A DNA stretch of 64,000 bases, from the NCBI GenBank assembly GCA_964016885.1, contig OZ024750.1:14446001-14510000 (forward strand), in the 5' to 3' direction. Shown here piece by piece: positions 39,501 through 50,542 of the stretch. The position numbers and the translations under genes are program-made. Under the pieces are notes generated by a model. The model searched no databases. It worked only from the letters and a program-made list of their open reading frames with translations, and was not told the origin of the DNA. Within the stretch, counting starts at the first letter, position 1. Each line of letters begins with the position of its first letter. The DNA comes from Eledone cirrhosa. Taxonomy: Eukaryota.

Positions 39501-42500
39501 CTGAGGGTTTAACCCTGTGAAGGACTGGCATCTTGTCCAGGGGGAAGTCTTGTACTCTCAGATGCTTCATGTCACAGAAATTGTGGTAACAACTGGCCTG
39601 AAGAGCCTCTGGACTTGTGACAGACTTAAGACTTTTAGGAAAGTTGACTACATCGATTTAGTACTTAATTAATACTTTATTTTATTTACTCCAGAAGGAT
39701 GAAGGGTACAGTTGACTTGGACAGGATTTGAACTCAAAACATAAAAAAGTTAGACCGAACAAAGAAAGGCATTTTGTTTAATTCTCTAATGATTCTGCCA
39801 AATATTGATTTAATTTGAGCAAAACAGCCTAAGGATATCTTAAAATGGTGTTGTAGATTAAATTGAACCAGTACATTATTCCAAGGGGACAAAATACAAA
39901 ATGAAACAGCAAGATTTGAGCTGAGAATGTAACTAAGTGCTACTAAAGATTTGAAGCCTTGTGAGAAATGAAGTGGATATGCTTCAATGGAAGTGCAATC
40001 TTAATGCGCATAACTGTTTGTATATCTGTTCAAGATGCAATGTTTTTACTAGAAATTTAACATAAACTCACGTGTTATAACCATAAAGAGGGTATTTCCC
40101 TTTAGGTTTAACGCCTTGGTCATGCTTATAATAATACAAACAGCAATCAGCTAATATAACATAAACTTTTGTAGCTGAAAATAAAATAAAAAAACACATT
40201 AATAAAAAATAAATATTAACTTTTTAGCATTTAAACCGGCTAGAATCTGGCTAGAATTCTTTCACCTCTTTCTGTTCAAACTTGCCATAAATAGTCACTT
40301 ATACTGATGTTAAGGTATTGTTCTCAAAATAAATATCAAAATCTCATAGATTTGATATTATGTGAGATAAAGTGTTTACCGTGAAAATACAATAGTATAT
40401 ATATAGAGTAATGTAAATGTTATGTGAGATAAAGTGTTTACCGTGAAAATACAATAGTATATATAGAGTAATGTAAATGTTATGTGAGATAAAGTGTTTA
40501 CCATGAAAATATAATAGTATATATAGAGTATTGTAAATGTTATGTGAGATAAAGTGTTTACCATGAAAATATAATAGTATATATAGAGTAATGTAAATGA
40601 TAAATGGTTAAACCTTCTCTCGCTTTTGCTCTCTCTTTTACTCACTCTGCCTCTATACAATCTTCTCTTAATAGATCTCTTTCTTTCAACTATTCTCTAT
40701 TTGATCTCCCACTAGTGTTTTTAATGATATCCATAAAGAAAAAATATTTTTTAAATACTATCTTGAACTTAAAATATATCTATGGAGTGAAAGGATAGAC
40801 TAATAATATATCAAATTTTACACATTTTCAAGTAATAATATGACTGATTAAAAAATGTTTTAACCAGCTTACATGGTTTTAAATAAATTGAACTGAGTGT
40901 ACTAATGAACTAATAAAGAAATCTTTAGTATCATCCTCATCATCATTTTTACGTCCATTATTCCACATGCTTGCATGCGTTGGATGTGTCCTTCTCAGCA
41001 CGGCATCTCTCCTCGCTCATTGCGTTTCTTCATCATATCCTCTGTGAGTCTCAACGATTTGAGATCAGCTCTCACAACCTCCACCCAGATCTTTCTTGGT
41101 TTACCTCTACAACAGCTCCCTTCCACTGGGATTTCCTGGAACTTCACCCAGCAATCATTATTCATGCACATCCCATGTCCATATTGGCGCAGTCTTCTTT
41201 CCTGCACACCACCTTGGATTCCTCTTAAACCCAGTTTCTTCCAAGCTCTGCCTTTCTCTCACACTTACATTGTACATCCAATGAGGTATGGTTGCTTCCT
41301 TTCTCTCCAGTCTATGCATGTCCTCTGCCGTCACTACCCATGTTTCACTACCATGTAGCATTGCACTTCACACACAGGCATCATACAGTTGTCCTTCTGT
41401 ATTCTAGCAGAAGCCTTTTGTTGTCAACAGCGAGGGCAGCTCTCTAAACTTCTTCCATCCTACCCGTATTATAGCTATTATGCTCTTAGAGAACCCACCT
41501 TTGTTTGTTGCTAACTAAGTCGCCTAGATAGCAGGAGCTATCAACCCCTTCTATGGGCCCTTCCTGTGAGTTGAAAAGGTTTACATCACTGGTACTCTTC
41601 CCCTTGGTTCCCTAGCCCAGAACACTACTATGCATCTTCTACATACAATGTTTTCCCTGAAATAATATATTTTTTCAAAATTACACCAGTGTTGAATATT
41701 GAATATTTTAGTTGGCTAAGTGAGGGGGCATTCTGGCATGAGATATTGTGGGCATGTGGTCAGAATCTCTAAGGAAAGAATCACTGGACAGATATTTTAT
41801 GGGCAAAACCAACTGGCAGACCCAGAGGTAGACCCCAAGAAAGATGGTTGGATAACATTCATGAACTCGGCTGGTCTTTCTTGGCGATCCAGCTGGATCA
41901 ATTGGAGATGGTTATTTCTGACAGGACTCTGCCCCCACAGCCATCGTAGTAATATGTGGAAGATGAATTAATTAGGAAAAAGAGGTGGAACACATTTTGT
42001 CGCCTTTGTATCAGCATATCAAATGGTGATATGATACAGAGTACTGAATTAATGTTTAGAGTGGAATCTACTGAATGAGGCACACGTGAGATGAAAGAAA
42101 GACAAATATGTTGGGCAGGCCTAAGTATGTGGTTATAGAAAAAAAAATGTATTCATGAAGAAGTAGTTGTAATGTGATAACCTCCTTTGAATAGTGTCCC
42201 ATTGTACTGATAATGAGGCTTATCATTTGTAACACATTTGAGGACCTTGAGCTGCATGTAATTTCTGTAAAGGGTGGGTGCAGTTGCCTTGATGCAGCAA
42301 TTGTGTTTCCGTGATGTTGAAGGAAATTGTCAAGTTCTAATGAGAGGATATTTTCAAAGTGTCTGTTTATAAAAGCAACAAATATTTGGCTTGAAGTGTC
42401 TAGCTCACATGAATATGACCACATGATTACAATTAAGGAGGAATGAAGTATGGCACCATATGTATAAGAGTGTGTGGAGGCTAAGAAACAACTATAAGTA

Positions 42501-43853
42501 GATCTTTCATGTAAAGAAGCAAGTATATAGCTCACTCTGATCAATTGACAAGATCCCAGACTTCATTCGTTTACCAAATGGGATGGATCTCATCAAATCA
42601 GACCAAGGAAACAATGTTTCAATTGTTCTTTCCATTGCTGATACTATCTACCGGTCACAACTCCAGGCAGAAAGAACAACATGAAATAAAATTGTCTTGC
42701 TCAAGGACACAACGCATCACCCGGTCCGAGAATTGAACTCACAACCTCACAATTGTGAATCCAACTCTCTAACCACTAAGCCATGGGCTTTCACTATAAG
42801 TATATAGCAGATACAACCAAATCTTAGAATATTCCACAAAATGTGTAGTAGTACATATTTCAATGGAGCAGTCTGCCAGGTAACCTCTCACATGAGAGAA
42901 AAGAGATGAATGAAACACAGAGTAGCAAATCATTTGACTTTACACCAGTATTATCATTGCAATGAAGTTGTAAGAGATAAGAGTTGTTGTCATCATCATC
43001 CCATGACTTTCGGAAACATTTTTCCATGCTCAGAGTTGCTGAAGCATGGAACAAACTACCTGCATCAGTTGTTAGCTGTCGAGACACTGCATCCTTTAAG
43101 GCCTCCATGCTTCCCGAGATCCGCCAACACTACAGCTAATGTTCCCCCTCCATACACATACACACATGTATACCATGACTCATACACTATTCACTTCCCT
43201 AACATTTGTGTATTATTCTATGTACTATACATACACCTTTGACGATTTGTAGTGCACCTGAGCACTTTACACAATAATTTCATTATTATTATTATTATTA
43301 TTATCATTTAACATCTATCTTCCACGCTAGCATGGGTTACACGGGTTTGTCTCATTTAGAGGCAAGTTGGGTCGGCTGACCATATCTCACTCATATAGGA
43401 CTCTTTCTGGCTGGTTTTCTATGGCTGGATGCTCTTCCTAACGCCAACCACATTTACAGTGTGTGCTGGGTGCTTTTTGCTGTGTCTCCTACACGACCAC
43501 TCTACAATGTGGGCTGGATGTTTTGTGATACCAACATAATATATATATATATCATCAGTTCCCAAATGAGCAAGACAAAGTCACCCGACCTAACATTGCC
43601 CACAACAGGACAACCCGTCTAACCCATGCTAGCGTGGAAGAATGGACGTAAAACGGTGATAATGATGATGATCTTGATCTTATCTGTTTCATGCAGATAG
43701 AGTTGCTCAAGAGACGAGCTCCTACGCTTCGAGGTTCGTAGATGTTGCCGGAGGGATATCATGTGCAACATTCAAATGCTGTCTGGACTGATGTTAGGCC
43801 CCTGCCTCCCTGCTTACATTTCAAGTAAAGGCGGTCTATGTCACTGATGTATG

Positions 43854-43884
<31 letters not shown>

Positions 43885-46437
43885 GATAGAAAGTGAAAGA
43901 GAGGAAAATGAGAAAAAGCTATAGAAGAAGAATCGACCCCAGTACGAGACTGGTACTGTTTTTTTATCGACCTCGAAAGGATGAAAGACAAAGTTGACCT
44001 CAGCGGGATTTGAACTCAGAGATAGTGATATATCATCATCATCGCTTAATGTCCATCTTCCACACTAGCATGGGTTGGACGGTTTTGCCCCACTTGAGGC
44101 AAGATTGGGATATATATTATGTGCATTGAAATCACTGAGGAATATAGCTTGAGAAAATGAGGAGTTAAGATGTATATCAAGGTAACCTTAGCTGAAAAGG
44201 GTTTGTAGATATTAACAATGTTGCTTATACCAAAGTACTAAAGGGAAAGGGACAAGTGATGTATATTGTATGAAAATAAATTATAGTAGATATCTGAGTC
44301 TAAAGTCTGTCTTGAACCCGGAGGCTCATCATGAAGCAACTGAGAGTACAAGGCTTACCCCCTGGACAGGATGCCAGTCTATCGCAGATATTGCTGGTAC
44401 TCATATTCAGCTGAGTATACTGGAGCAATATGAAATGAAGTGTTTTGCTCAAGAACACAACACAGAACCCAGTTCAGGTGTCGAAGCCACAACATTATGG
44501 TTGTAAGTCTAACACACTTATACTAGTGTTCACTGAGAAGGGAAAGTGAAAAAAAGGGATGCAGAAAGTGGTTGCTTATGAATGACTATATGTGACAGTG
44601 TATCTGTCAGGACTTGCATAGATTAGATGGGTTCTTACATTGTGACCAGTCAGCTCTGGTGACTATGCCATTCCTAACACCAACCATGTTACAGTATGGA
44701 TAGAGGAGCTAAATCTTTCAGTAGTGAAAGCTCCATTATTTCATAAGAATAGTTTGAATTACTTGAACCTAAATGTAAAAACTTATATTTCAATAAAACT
44801 TAAATGTTGTTGTTATCAATTAGACTAAGAATTTAAAAAGTATCTAAAACTATTCACATATTTTGAAGTCAGCTATAACCTTTTGAACTCTTCCAAATAA
44901 AGTCACATTTAACCCTTTAGCATTTAAACCAGCCATATCCGGCCAGAATTCTCTTACCTCTTTCTATTCAAACTGGCTGTAACCAGCCACTCATACTGAT
45001 GTTAAGGTATTGTTCTCAAAGTAAATAATATCAAAATCTCATAGATTTGATATTATGTGAGATAATTATGAGATAAAACCTTTACCGTGAAAATAATATA
45101 GAATATATAGAGTAATATAAATGCTAAAGGGTTAAAGTCAGATTTAAAAATCAAAATACAACAAAATATTTAACAAGAACACTATGATTCAAATAGTGTG
45201 TAAAAAAAGAAATTAAAATAAAATATATTACCTTCTAACGGTAACAGCCTCTTCAATAAAGATTTATTTTGAGACTTCTCCTTCCTAAGCCAGCCCATAT
45301 GAGTACATTTGTCCATAGAGAGTAATGCTTGACATGCTAGAACCAAATTTAGAAATGGGAAAAGTTATCATTTAAAAAATATATATATATAAACAAAAAA
45401 TATGAATAAATATTGATTTCCTGCATATTTGTATTCAATACTATATATTTAGTACATATTTATATGTAGAAGTTAAGGGCCGAAACACTTACTTAATGAA
45501 GGGAAGTGGGAGGGGGGGTCTTCTCTGAAGACCTTCTGCTTTCTCCTTACCACTTCTATGATGATATCTAGTCGCATGAATGGAAGATTCACAACATTTG
45601 GTCCATTACAAAGGAGATGAATTTTAACAATCAAACAAATGTTCACATTCTCCATAACGATTTAACCCTTTCGATTTTCCATTGCTCCTGGCAACTGCTT
45701 CCTACTGAGGTTTGCATCCTCTGAAAGTTGATTGATGAAGGTTCAAGCAGGTCTTCCTCTACTGCGTCTCCTATGAGTTAGTTCCCACAATAGAAGCTTG
45801 TATATAGCTTCCTACTTACTTCTCCAGCAATGTCCTGCAAATCGTAACTGTCTTTAAGTAACTGTAGTTGTTATCTTGGGCAAGTCTCCATATAAACTTT
45901 CATTAGTAATACATTGACACCTATTCATGTTTTGTACAACCCTAAGCATTTTAGTGTATGCTCCATCTAGTTTCTTCTCATGTGCTTGTGTCAGGGTCCA
46001 CATGCCTTATCCATTCAACAACTCTGACTCAACAGACTCAACTGAAGAATTATATTTTTCTTTTTCTAGGTAGATCTGATTTCCCTATCCTTTTCATTTT
46101 GTTCATTACAGCCCAGACTATGATTAGAAGTATTTAACTGAGCAAATAAACATTTGTCTCATTTTTAACTGATCCACCGATGGGCCAACCAATTTTGGTC
46201 AATAGCAATAGGAGATTAGAAACAAAATGGGTTGTTCCTAGGTATATGATTGGATCCTTTAAAACCTCTATACTTCCTGAAATTCGCCAACACTACACCT
46301 GATGTCCCCCCTCCATACACACGCACATGTATTTCATGACTCATAAACTGTTCATTTTCCTGACATTTGTACATTATACTATGTACTATATATGCACCTT
46401 TGGTGAGTTGTAGTGCACCTGAGCACTGTACACAATA

Positions 46438-46468
<31 letters not shown>

Positions 46469-46676
46469 AACACTGAGTTATAAGCATGTGGAAACAGAGT
46501 TTACTGAGGTTACTCAACAAAAATAACAGTAGATGTCTAGGACATAAAACCATAACTTGTGGATTAAGAGTTAAATATGCTGTTATGTCTTTCCAGAGAA
46601 GAAAATAAGGAAAGAGTAAAATAATAATAAACTTACATATGGAGTGTATTGGCATTTTTGGTTCCCAATGGTCCAT
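15419..46676 (-). CDS. SH3BP2: SH3 domain-binding protein 2-like adaptor (PH domain - linker - SH2 domain), about 386 aa; complement(join(15419..15586,17085..17153,18526..18595,19237..19301,19959..19994,21476..21554,22953..23000,25432..25436,28587..28597,30051..30107,31780..31919,33705..33760,39077..39185,40072..40174,45232..45336,46637..46676))
   Basis: PH: MDHWEPKMPIHSISCQALLSM..GWLRK..KVYVILADCCLYYYK..PKGKYPLYGYNTVQR..FSASSQYEMVEWMRRIKAE aligns by eye with 3BP2 (HWPVPMKAIGAQNLLTM..AGYLHK..CVYYFK..FSLSGYNRV..FSASSEEERKSWM). SH2: LLNKLNEPGAYMIRDSE..KTLLLF..RKYQIF..KYFL..FSSLEELIYHY. All junctions GT-AG, total 1161 nt in frame. Linker exons are less certain than PH/SH2 exons. Confidence 0.85.
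15676..16115 (-). mobile_element. 3' fragment of CR1/L2-type LINE (same family as 35785-38057)
   Basis: Encodes THKIINHLANNSPEYLFEFHVFNTHGHAYKVRKQH..FFTLRVAEAWNKLP, with the family 3' UTR and (ATT)n tail. Confidence 0.85.
18117..18323 (-). mobile_element. piggyBac-type MITE
   Basis: TTAA on both sides, TIR like CCCTTTAGCATTTA. It interrupts a repeat whose uninterrupted copy (23641-23680) has a single TTAA. Confidence 0.8.
19415..19610 (+). mobile_element. piggyBac-type MITE
   Basis: TTAA-CCCTTTAGC...AAAGGG-TTAA; same family, opposite orientation to 18117-18323. Confidence 0.8.
20203..20660 (+). mobile_element. tRNA-headed SINE with RTE-like tail and internal tandem repeats
   Basis: Head GGAGGCATGTGGCCTAGTGGTAAGG; tail GGTTGGTGTTAGGAAGGGCATCCAGCTGTA...CCCATGCAAGCATGGAAAA...(GAT)n. 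Confidence 0.6.
20740..21110 (-). mobile_element. RTE/BovB-like LINE 3' remnant (C2H2 zinc-finger region)
   Basis: FMCNACGWICFSKAGLRRHHKRH followed by a frameshifted CQNCGK finger. Confidence 0.5.
21190..21379 (-). mobile_element. Full-length Nin-core SINE with TSD
   Basis: Family sequence; flanking duplication ATATATTAAATTAAATTAAT. Confidence 0.85.
22460..22893 (+). repeat. SINE tail with about 45-bp internal tandem repeats
   Basis: Units like AAAAAACACCCAGTCCATACTGTAAAGTGGTTGTGTTGGTGCCACA repeated about 6 times, then the family tail. Confidence 0.65.
23365..23562. repeat. About 45-bp tandem repeat, about 4.5 copies
   Basis: TAAAGGCACTCAATGGCCATGTGATAGTCAGA core repeated. Confidence 0.8.
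24060..24470 (-). mobile_element. CRE-like retrotransposon 3' remnant
   Basis: Homologous to 2200-2435, plus 3' UTR. Confidence 0.55.
25432..25436 (-). other. Candidate 5-nt microexon (TTAAG) of SH3BP2-like gene
   Basis: ttctaatcctacag|TTAAG|gtgaga, preceded by about 100 nt of AG-free, T-rich sequence; needed to close the reading frame. Confidence 0.5.
25536..26800 (+). mobile_element. Non-autonomous Helitron
   Basis: Starts A|TCTATATATATATAAAG; ends with hairpin CCCGAGCAACGCCGGG then CTAG. Contains a duplicated 5' end (25587), an about 208-bp internal duplication and a 37-bp tandem array. Confidence 0.8.
26331..26496. repeat. 37-bp tandem repeat, about 4.5 copies, inside Helitron
   Basis: AGGCGTGCAGACAGACAGTCGTGCAGAGAGGTGATAT. 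Confidence 0.9.
26801..27925 (+). mobile_element. Second non-autonomous Helitron, head-to-tail with the first
   Basis: Starts TCTATATATATAAAACTGAGGTTGTCTGTC immediately after the first CTAG; ends CCCGAGCAACGCCGGGTACCTCTGCTAG|T; contains a Nin-SINE fragment (about 27250-27360). Confidence 0.8.
27995..28315 (+). mobile_element. tRNA-headed SINE (second family) with RTE-like tail
   Basis: A-box TGGCTTAGTGG, B-box GAGTTCAATTC, body TCCTTGAGCAAG..TTCACATTGCTCCAGTTTACTCAGCTG. Related copies at about 7750-7920, 13890-14140, 39375-39620, 42670-42790 and 44300-44520. Confidence 0.7.
28587..28597 (-). other. Candidate 11-nt microexon (TCAAATATGGC) of SH3BP2-like gene
   Basis: ctaacagactaattctatgtag|TCAAATATGGC|gtaagt: consensus donor, branch-like CTAAC/CTAAT; needed to close the frame. 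Confidence 0.55.
29263..29402 (-). mobile_element. Nin-core SINE with TSD CTTGATGCTAT
   Basis: Family sequence and flanking direct repeat. Confidence 0.75.
30360..30956 (-). mobile_element. Non-autonomous Helitron (different family)
   Basis: On minus strand starts A|TCTATACACTACTG and ends with hairpin GTGACCCAATGGGTCAC then CTAG|T; internal microsatellites. Confidence 0.6.
32033..32251 (-). mobile_element. piggyBac-type MITE
   Basis: TTAA-CCCTTTAGCATTTA...TAAATGCTAAAGGG-TTAA perfect TIRs. Confidence 0.85.
32871..33554. repeat. 19-bp minisatellite, about 36 copies
   Basis: TAATTACACCAGTCCTCAG head-to-tail without spacers; variants GTGCTCAG and GTCCTCAA. Confidence 0.97.
33794..34010 (-). 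mobile_element. CR1/L2-type LINE 3' end fragment
   Basis: Family 3' UTR and (ATT)n tail. Other 3' fragments at 43000-43305 (+) and 46262-46470 (+). Confidence 0.8.
35785..38057 (+). mobile_element. 5'-truncated CR1/L2-group LINE, antisense in SH3BP2 intron
   Basis: Endonuclease tail remnant PLGDSDHAMI, long RT ORF, 3' UTR and (ATT)n tail. A second 3' end follows to 38185. Confidence 0.9.
35995..37935 (+). CDS. LINE reverse transcriptase domain (ORF2 remnant, 646 aa open frame)
   Basis: SPGLDG, WKTASVIPLFKKG, NYRPVSLTS, QFGF, DVVYLDFAKAF, GVPQGSVLGPLLF, YADD, ERDLGI, VRPHLEF, NTRGH motifs. Confidence 0.9.
   Translation: MPRKRKKHPKSAIWETAAVRLARKERRNAEREYKLHKSDINRKRRNRSSNHLKQVTKKAVLQFEQRIATSPDSKVFWKYVHSKQRPHSPVGPLRNPHTSQVTDDPKECAELIAECYAGIFTIEDQSVPSPPPMTPDSITTMEFTPAMLRRHLKNKCNHASPGLDGVTYLLLKRGGYFLLHQLSRFFQFCLNNSATPEQWKTASVIPLFKKGDRTSPVNYRPVSLTSCIAKLMESCVRETLWNFWSSHSLIRPSQFGFIPNSSCCDQLIEFLEDITRITDGGSWVDVVYLDFAKAFNSVPHKRLMAKLSAMGVKDDLFNWLKSFILSRREVVTVLGQHSSPYEMSSGVPQGSVLGPLLFVAYINDIDANLRNATVLKYADDIKLYLEIKRTDPEHYRSCLQSDLDTMQQWISDWQLKLAVDKCTTMHFGSKNPASTYSLHSTNIKKSSCERDLGITVSSDLRWTRHVSKIVKRAEGVLASLSKTFVSRSPDIYLRLYTAMVRPHLEFASPVWNPYLAQDIDRLETVQRRATKRIPSIRHLPYSERLASLGMDSLKLRRLATDLVNTHKIVNHVANNNPECLFDFHVSNTRGHAHKVRKQHSSHDFRKHFFTLRVAEAWNKLPASVVSCRDTASFKASMLPEIRQHYS
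38369..38840 (-). mobile_element. RTE-clade LINE 3' fragment
   Basis: Homologous to 55085-55990; also 41720-41960 (+) and 18740-18880. Confidence 0.65.
40220..40607 (+). mobile_element. piggyBac-type MITE with internal 60-bp tandem expansion (about 4 copies)
   Basis: TTAA flanks; unit TTATGTGAGATAAAGTGTTTACCGTGAAAATACAATAGTATATATAGAGTAATGTAAATG repeated. Confidence 0.75.
40930..41650 (-). mobile_element. RTE-clade LINE 3' fragment
   Basis: MLHGSETWVVTAEDMHRLER, QERRLRQYGH and RGKPRKIW..VRADL in broken frames; (GAT)n tail. Confidence 0.75.
44913..45131 (+). mobile_element. piggyBac-type MITE
   Basis: TTAA-CCCTTTAGCATTTA...TAAATGCTAAAGGG-TTAA. Confidence 0.85.
45660..46130 (-). mobile_element. 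Degenerate RTE-like LINE fragment
   Basis: Minus-strand pieces KLDGAYTKMLR..LYGDLPKIT..RFAGHCWR..LLLWE..RGRPA. Confidence 0.55.
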
Positions 46677-47901
46677 TGTGTCAGAACGTAACCTGAAATA
46701 TAAGTAATGAAAATTGTTAAAATATCTTGTGTTGTAGAAGTATAACAAATTGATGGCATATAAACTTTAGAGTATGCAAGAAACAAGTTTTTATTCGCAG
46801 TTGTATAAATAACATTACAAATAATTAAAAAAGAGAAAGAAAAAAAAAAACACACACACACACACACAAGCAGGTAATACATACATCTAAGACCACATAC
46901 AACAAAGGGCAGGCGAAAGAGGTGGACAAATTAGCCGCTACCAGAGCAAAAGATAACAATAACAGGCTGGAAAATGTAGTTAGGCGACAGATCACGGTAT
47001 TTCAAGATTTTGTTCCGTTCGCCCTAACCGCTGCATCCGGGATGTGGGAAGAAGCAAAAGAGTCACTAACTGTGACGTCTCAAATAAGGCACCTGCCTCT
47101 TAATCAGGGGGATAGGGTAAGACCGTCAGGTGTTTTCAAATCAATTCGGGACAACCCAGGCGGTTTCAAATTTTTTTTTTTTGGGGGGGGGGACAAAGTT
47201 CTCTTGAAGTGACAGTAAAATCGTAAAGTAAACGTATAGATTTTAGAAAATATGGTTATTTTACATTCTTCAATAAAAAATATAAAGTACCTTGCGAAAT
47301 ATATGCTTCCACAGACTATCAATAATGAGCTTCGGTTTTCCACACCCACTCAATATATATATGAGTGTATGTTTATGCATGTCACGTGTATATATAGATT
47401 TATATATGTATACATACATGTTTTCAACTTATACACAAATTCTTTGGCTACACATTCATCCTAGGACTTTAGACAGAAGAGCTGACCGCTAATTGGTATT
47501 ATATATAATATGTGTGTTGTGGCTATTGTTGCAAATTCCACCATATCACCACTAAATAATTTAACAAAAAGGGTGTATCTAGGAAATAAGAAATAAGTTC
47601 CTGTATTGGTATATTTTCTATTAATGAGTAAGTATTTCAAATATATCCCGTTTCTCTTAAAGTATCAGCTATATCCGTAATTTCCGGTTTTGAATTGTCT
47701 CTAAACACTCGCACTATTACTTTATTGCAGCGGTTCCCAAAGTGGGTTCCGCAAAGAAGTGTCTGAGGTTCCGTGAAAAAATGGTAGAGGGGTATATTTA
47801 TAATATGACCATATAACAGTATTAGACTTTGAGGTTCCCCCAAAAGTTTCTGAGCCAAAAAAGGGTTCGACTAGTTGAAGGTGGTCTATAGTATATTTGG
47901 C

Positions 47902-48293
47902 GATATCCAATGTTAGCGGCCTAGCAATAATGGCCCGTGTAAGTGGGCCATCTCTCTATATCGGCTTGTACAGGTAAGAGAAGAAGGGAGCACCCCCCCA
48001 CTCCACCTCTCTCTCTCTGTGCTCCCCGGCAGAAAGGTCGCACACTTTCTACGGGGGTGTGTGTGACCCCAAAAGGCTAATAAATCGCAAAAAAAACAAA
48101 CAAAAAAGGGGCAAATAAAGAAATCTATGCCCCAGTGGCAAATAAATCGCAAAAAAAAAAAACAATAAATAAATCTATATTTCTTTTAACGGCTAAAAAA
48201 GGGGAATGTAAATTTGTTGGAATAGCCTCATACATTGAAGTAAGCAGCAACTACAGCAAGTAAGCGGCATTTAGGCCGCTAAAATTGGATATC
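47902..48293. mobile_element. Unclassified element bounded by 22-bp terminal inverted repeats
   Basis: GATATCCAATGTTAGCGGCCTA ... TAGGCCGCTAAAATTGGATATC (one mismatch). Confidence 0.5.
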
Positions 48294-48544
48294 CAATTTC
48301 ATTAACTCGATACTTGTTCATTACTAGAATTTATTTTATGGACTATGTAGAATTTTCCGGCTTTACGCACGATGACGCCTCTGGGATGGCTGACCTAAGA
48401 GGACCCCAGTCCCATCGTGCAAAAGCAAGAACAAAAAGAAGACTATGGAGATATGTGGACTTTATAACGACAAAGACGAAATTAAATATTATAACACTGT
48501 ATTATTTTGTGGTTACATAAATATTATAACACTGTATTAGTTTG

Positions 48545-48694
48545 TGCTTTCCAGCATAGTTACGTCCCTTTACGATCTGAGTTCAAATCCCGCCGAGGTT
48601 GACTTTGCCTTTCATCCTTACGAGGTCGATAAAATAAAGTACCAGTAATGCACTGGGATAATTGATGGCCTTGTGCCAAAAGTAGAAACAATTA
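48545..48694 (+). mobile_element. Nin-core SINE with TSD ATTATTTTGTGGTTAC
   Basis: Family sequence and flanking duplication. Confidence 0.8.
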
Positions 48695-48714
48695 TTTTGT
48701 GGTTACTTGTAAAA

Positions 48715-49045
48715 ATTGTAGTTTTATTTACTGTTGTATAAATAACATTACAAATTGTTCGCAATTCTTTCAGAATGAAAATATAAACACATATAATAAA
48801 TACAATTAACTATTGCTAGGAACCTCAGATATAACGCACCAACATATATGATCAGAAAGAGAGAAAGAAAAAAAAGTGGGGAAACAAAAACTACCATTAA
48901 TTCACCACCAAGTGCGACAATCGGCCGCACATCACAAGGGTCAACAGAAATTTTTCAGTCAAGCTAACACACTCGCATCATTACCGCAGGTGGAGAGGCT
49001 AAGGCGCCGAAACTTTTAGGCACTCTCCCGAGAATCCCCTGACAA
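48715..49045 (-). mobile_element. CRE-like retrotransposon 3' remnant
   Basis: Homologous to 2200-2435 and 24060-24470. Confidence 0.55.
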
Positions 49046-50132
49046 AATAACCACCCTAAATTGTCATACTGAGAAAATTCTTTCATAACCAATTCAATTA
49101 CAAACGATAAATTTGTAAATCAACGCATAAACAGAATTACCAATTTCACCCCCTAAATAGATAACATCAAAAACATAAAGTTACTTACTTGTTAAAAGTA
49201 ACAACCAATCTGTCAAATCACACCCTTAAAAGGGGAACCACACTGGATAATGTATTCTAAAGTAGGGGGTGGGGAAAGGCGGGGGCTGGAATGGTTACGG
49301 TTTAAACTCCTTTGATATTCAGACAGATGTGATATATGAACATTACAAATATTCTATTACTGGGCGATACACTGTAGTTTAAAACAAAACTCAATTAGAT
49401 ACGTTTGAGATATCTTTCGCTATACCTGTAAGATCTAATCTAAGGCAAGACAAAAAGAAAGTATGTATGTCTTAAGCTATAAAGTATGATAATTAAATGT
49501 ATCGAAATTGATTTAACTTACCGAAAAGTCGGGAAGATATAATAATGGAGTTTGTAAGTTCCGGTTACACACTATATTATTATTACATACTGGGTTTTTT
49601 TTAACAAAATAATTGTTTAAGTGCCTCACTCTTCACATAAGCAGCAGCAGTTTATAGATATCAAACTGGGACGACGATCAATTTATTTCTGCATTCTTTT
49701 TTGTGCTTTGCTTATTCAACCATAAAATTTATTTTCCTGAAAAGAAGCAATTTGCTTCGTCACATATATATATATATATAATACAATATAGTTACATATA
49801 TATATATATATATAATACAATATATATAACGAGTGAGGCCAGTTTTAGAGCGTTAGAGCGGTCACTCCACTATACAGTGGTGGGCACAAATGGTCACCGA
49901 AACCTAAGGTCGTGCAAACTTGTTAAGTGTATCAGTTAGAGTTACAGTGTGGGCCGGATATATGCTGGTCATACCAACATAATATACATATATATATATG
50001 TTCATATACCATATATATGCAATATACATACACATATCATACATATGCACACACTTTATATATATATTGGTGCTCTGAAATAGCGATATATACATGAATG
50101 TATGTATAGTATATTTGGCAATATACCGTATG

Positions 50133-50542
50133 TTTAATTAAAAATATTTAGAAGACCATACGCTATCAGTTTTAAAGTAGTGACTATGTCATTTTCTTCT
50201 TTTCGGCGAAAGAAGGGAGAGAAGTTAACAGTCTGTTTCACGCTGGTTGGCAATCATTAGAGCCACGCACCACATCCTTCCGCCGAAAATTATAGAAGCT
50301 GGATTCTTATAGAATTCCAGTAAAGCTGATTATACAGAGAGCTCCTGATTCTTACTGGAATTCTATAAGAATCCAGCTTCTATAATTTTCGGCGGAAGCA
50401 TGTGGTGCGTGGCTCTGATGAATCCAAACCAGTGTGAAACAGACTGTTAACTTCTCTCCCTTCTTTCGCCGAAAAGTAGTAAGTCACATAGTCACTACTT
50501 TAAGACTGATAGCGTATGGTCTTCTAAATGTTTTTAATTAAA
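50133..50542. repeat. Long inverted repeat (two 191-bp arms, 28-bp spacer), probable inverted Penelope-type pseudo-LTR pair
   Basis: Arms 50133-50323 and 50352-50542 are near-perfect reverse complements. The right arm has CTGATGA-14nt-GAAACAGACTGTT, a hammerhead-like core. Confidence 0.85.

Noticed and set aside
42068-42544. 158-aa minus-strand ORF
   Set aside because: No recognisable domain, and the SH3BP2 model is complete without it; probably decayed repeat
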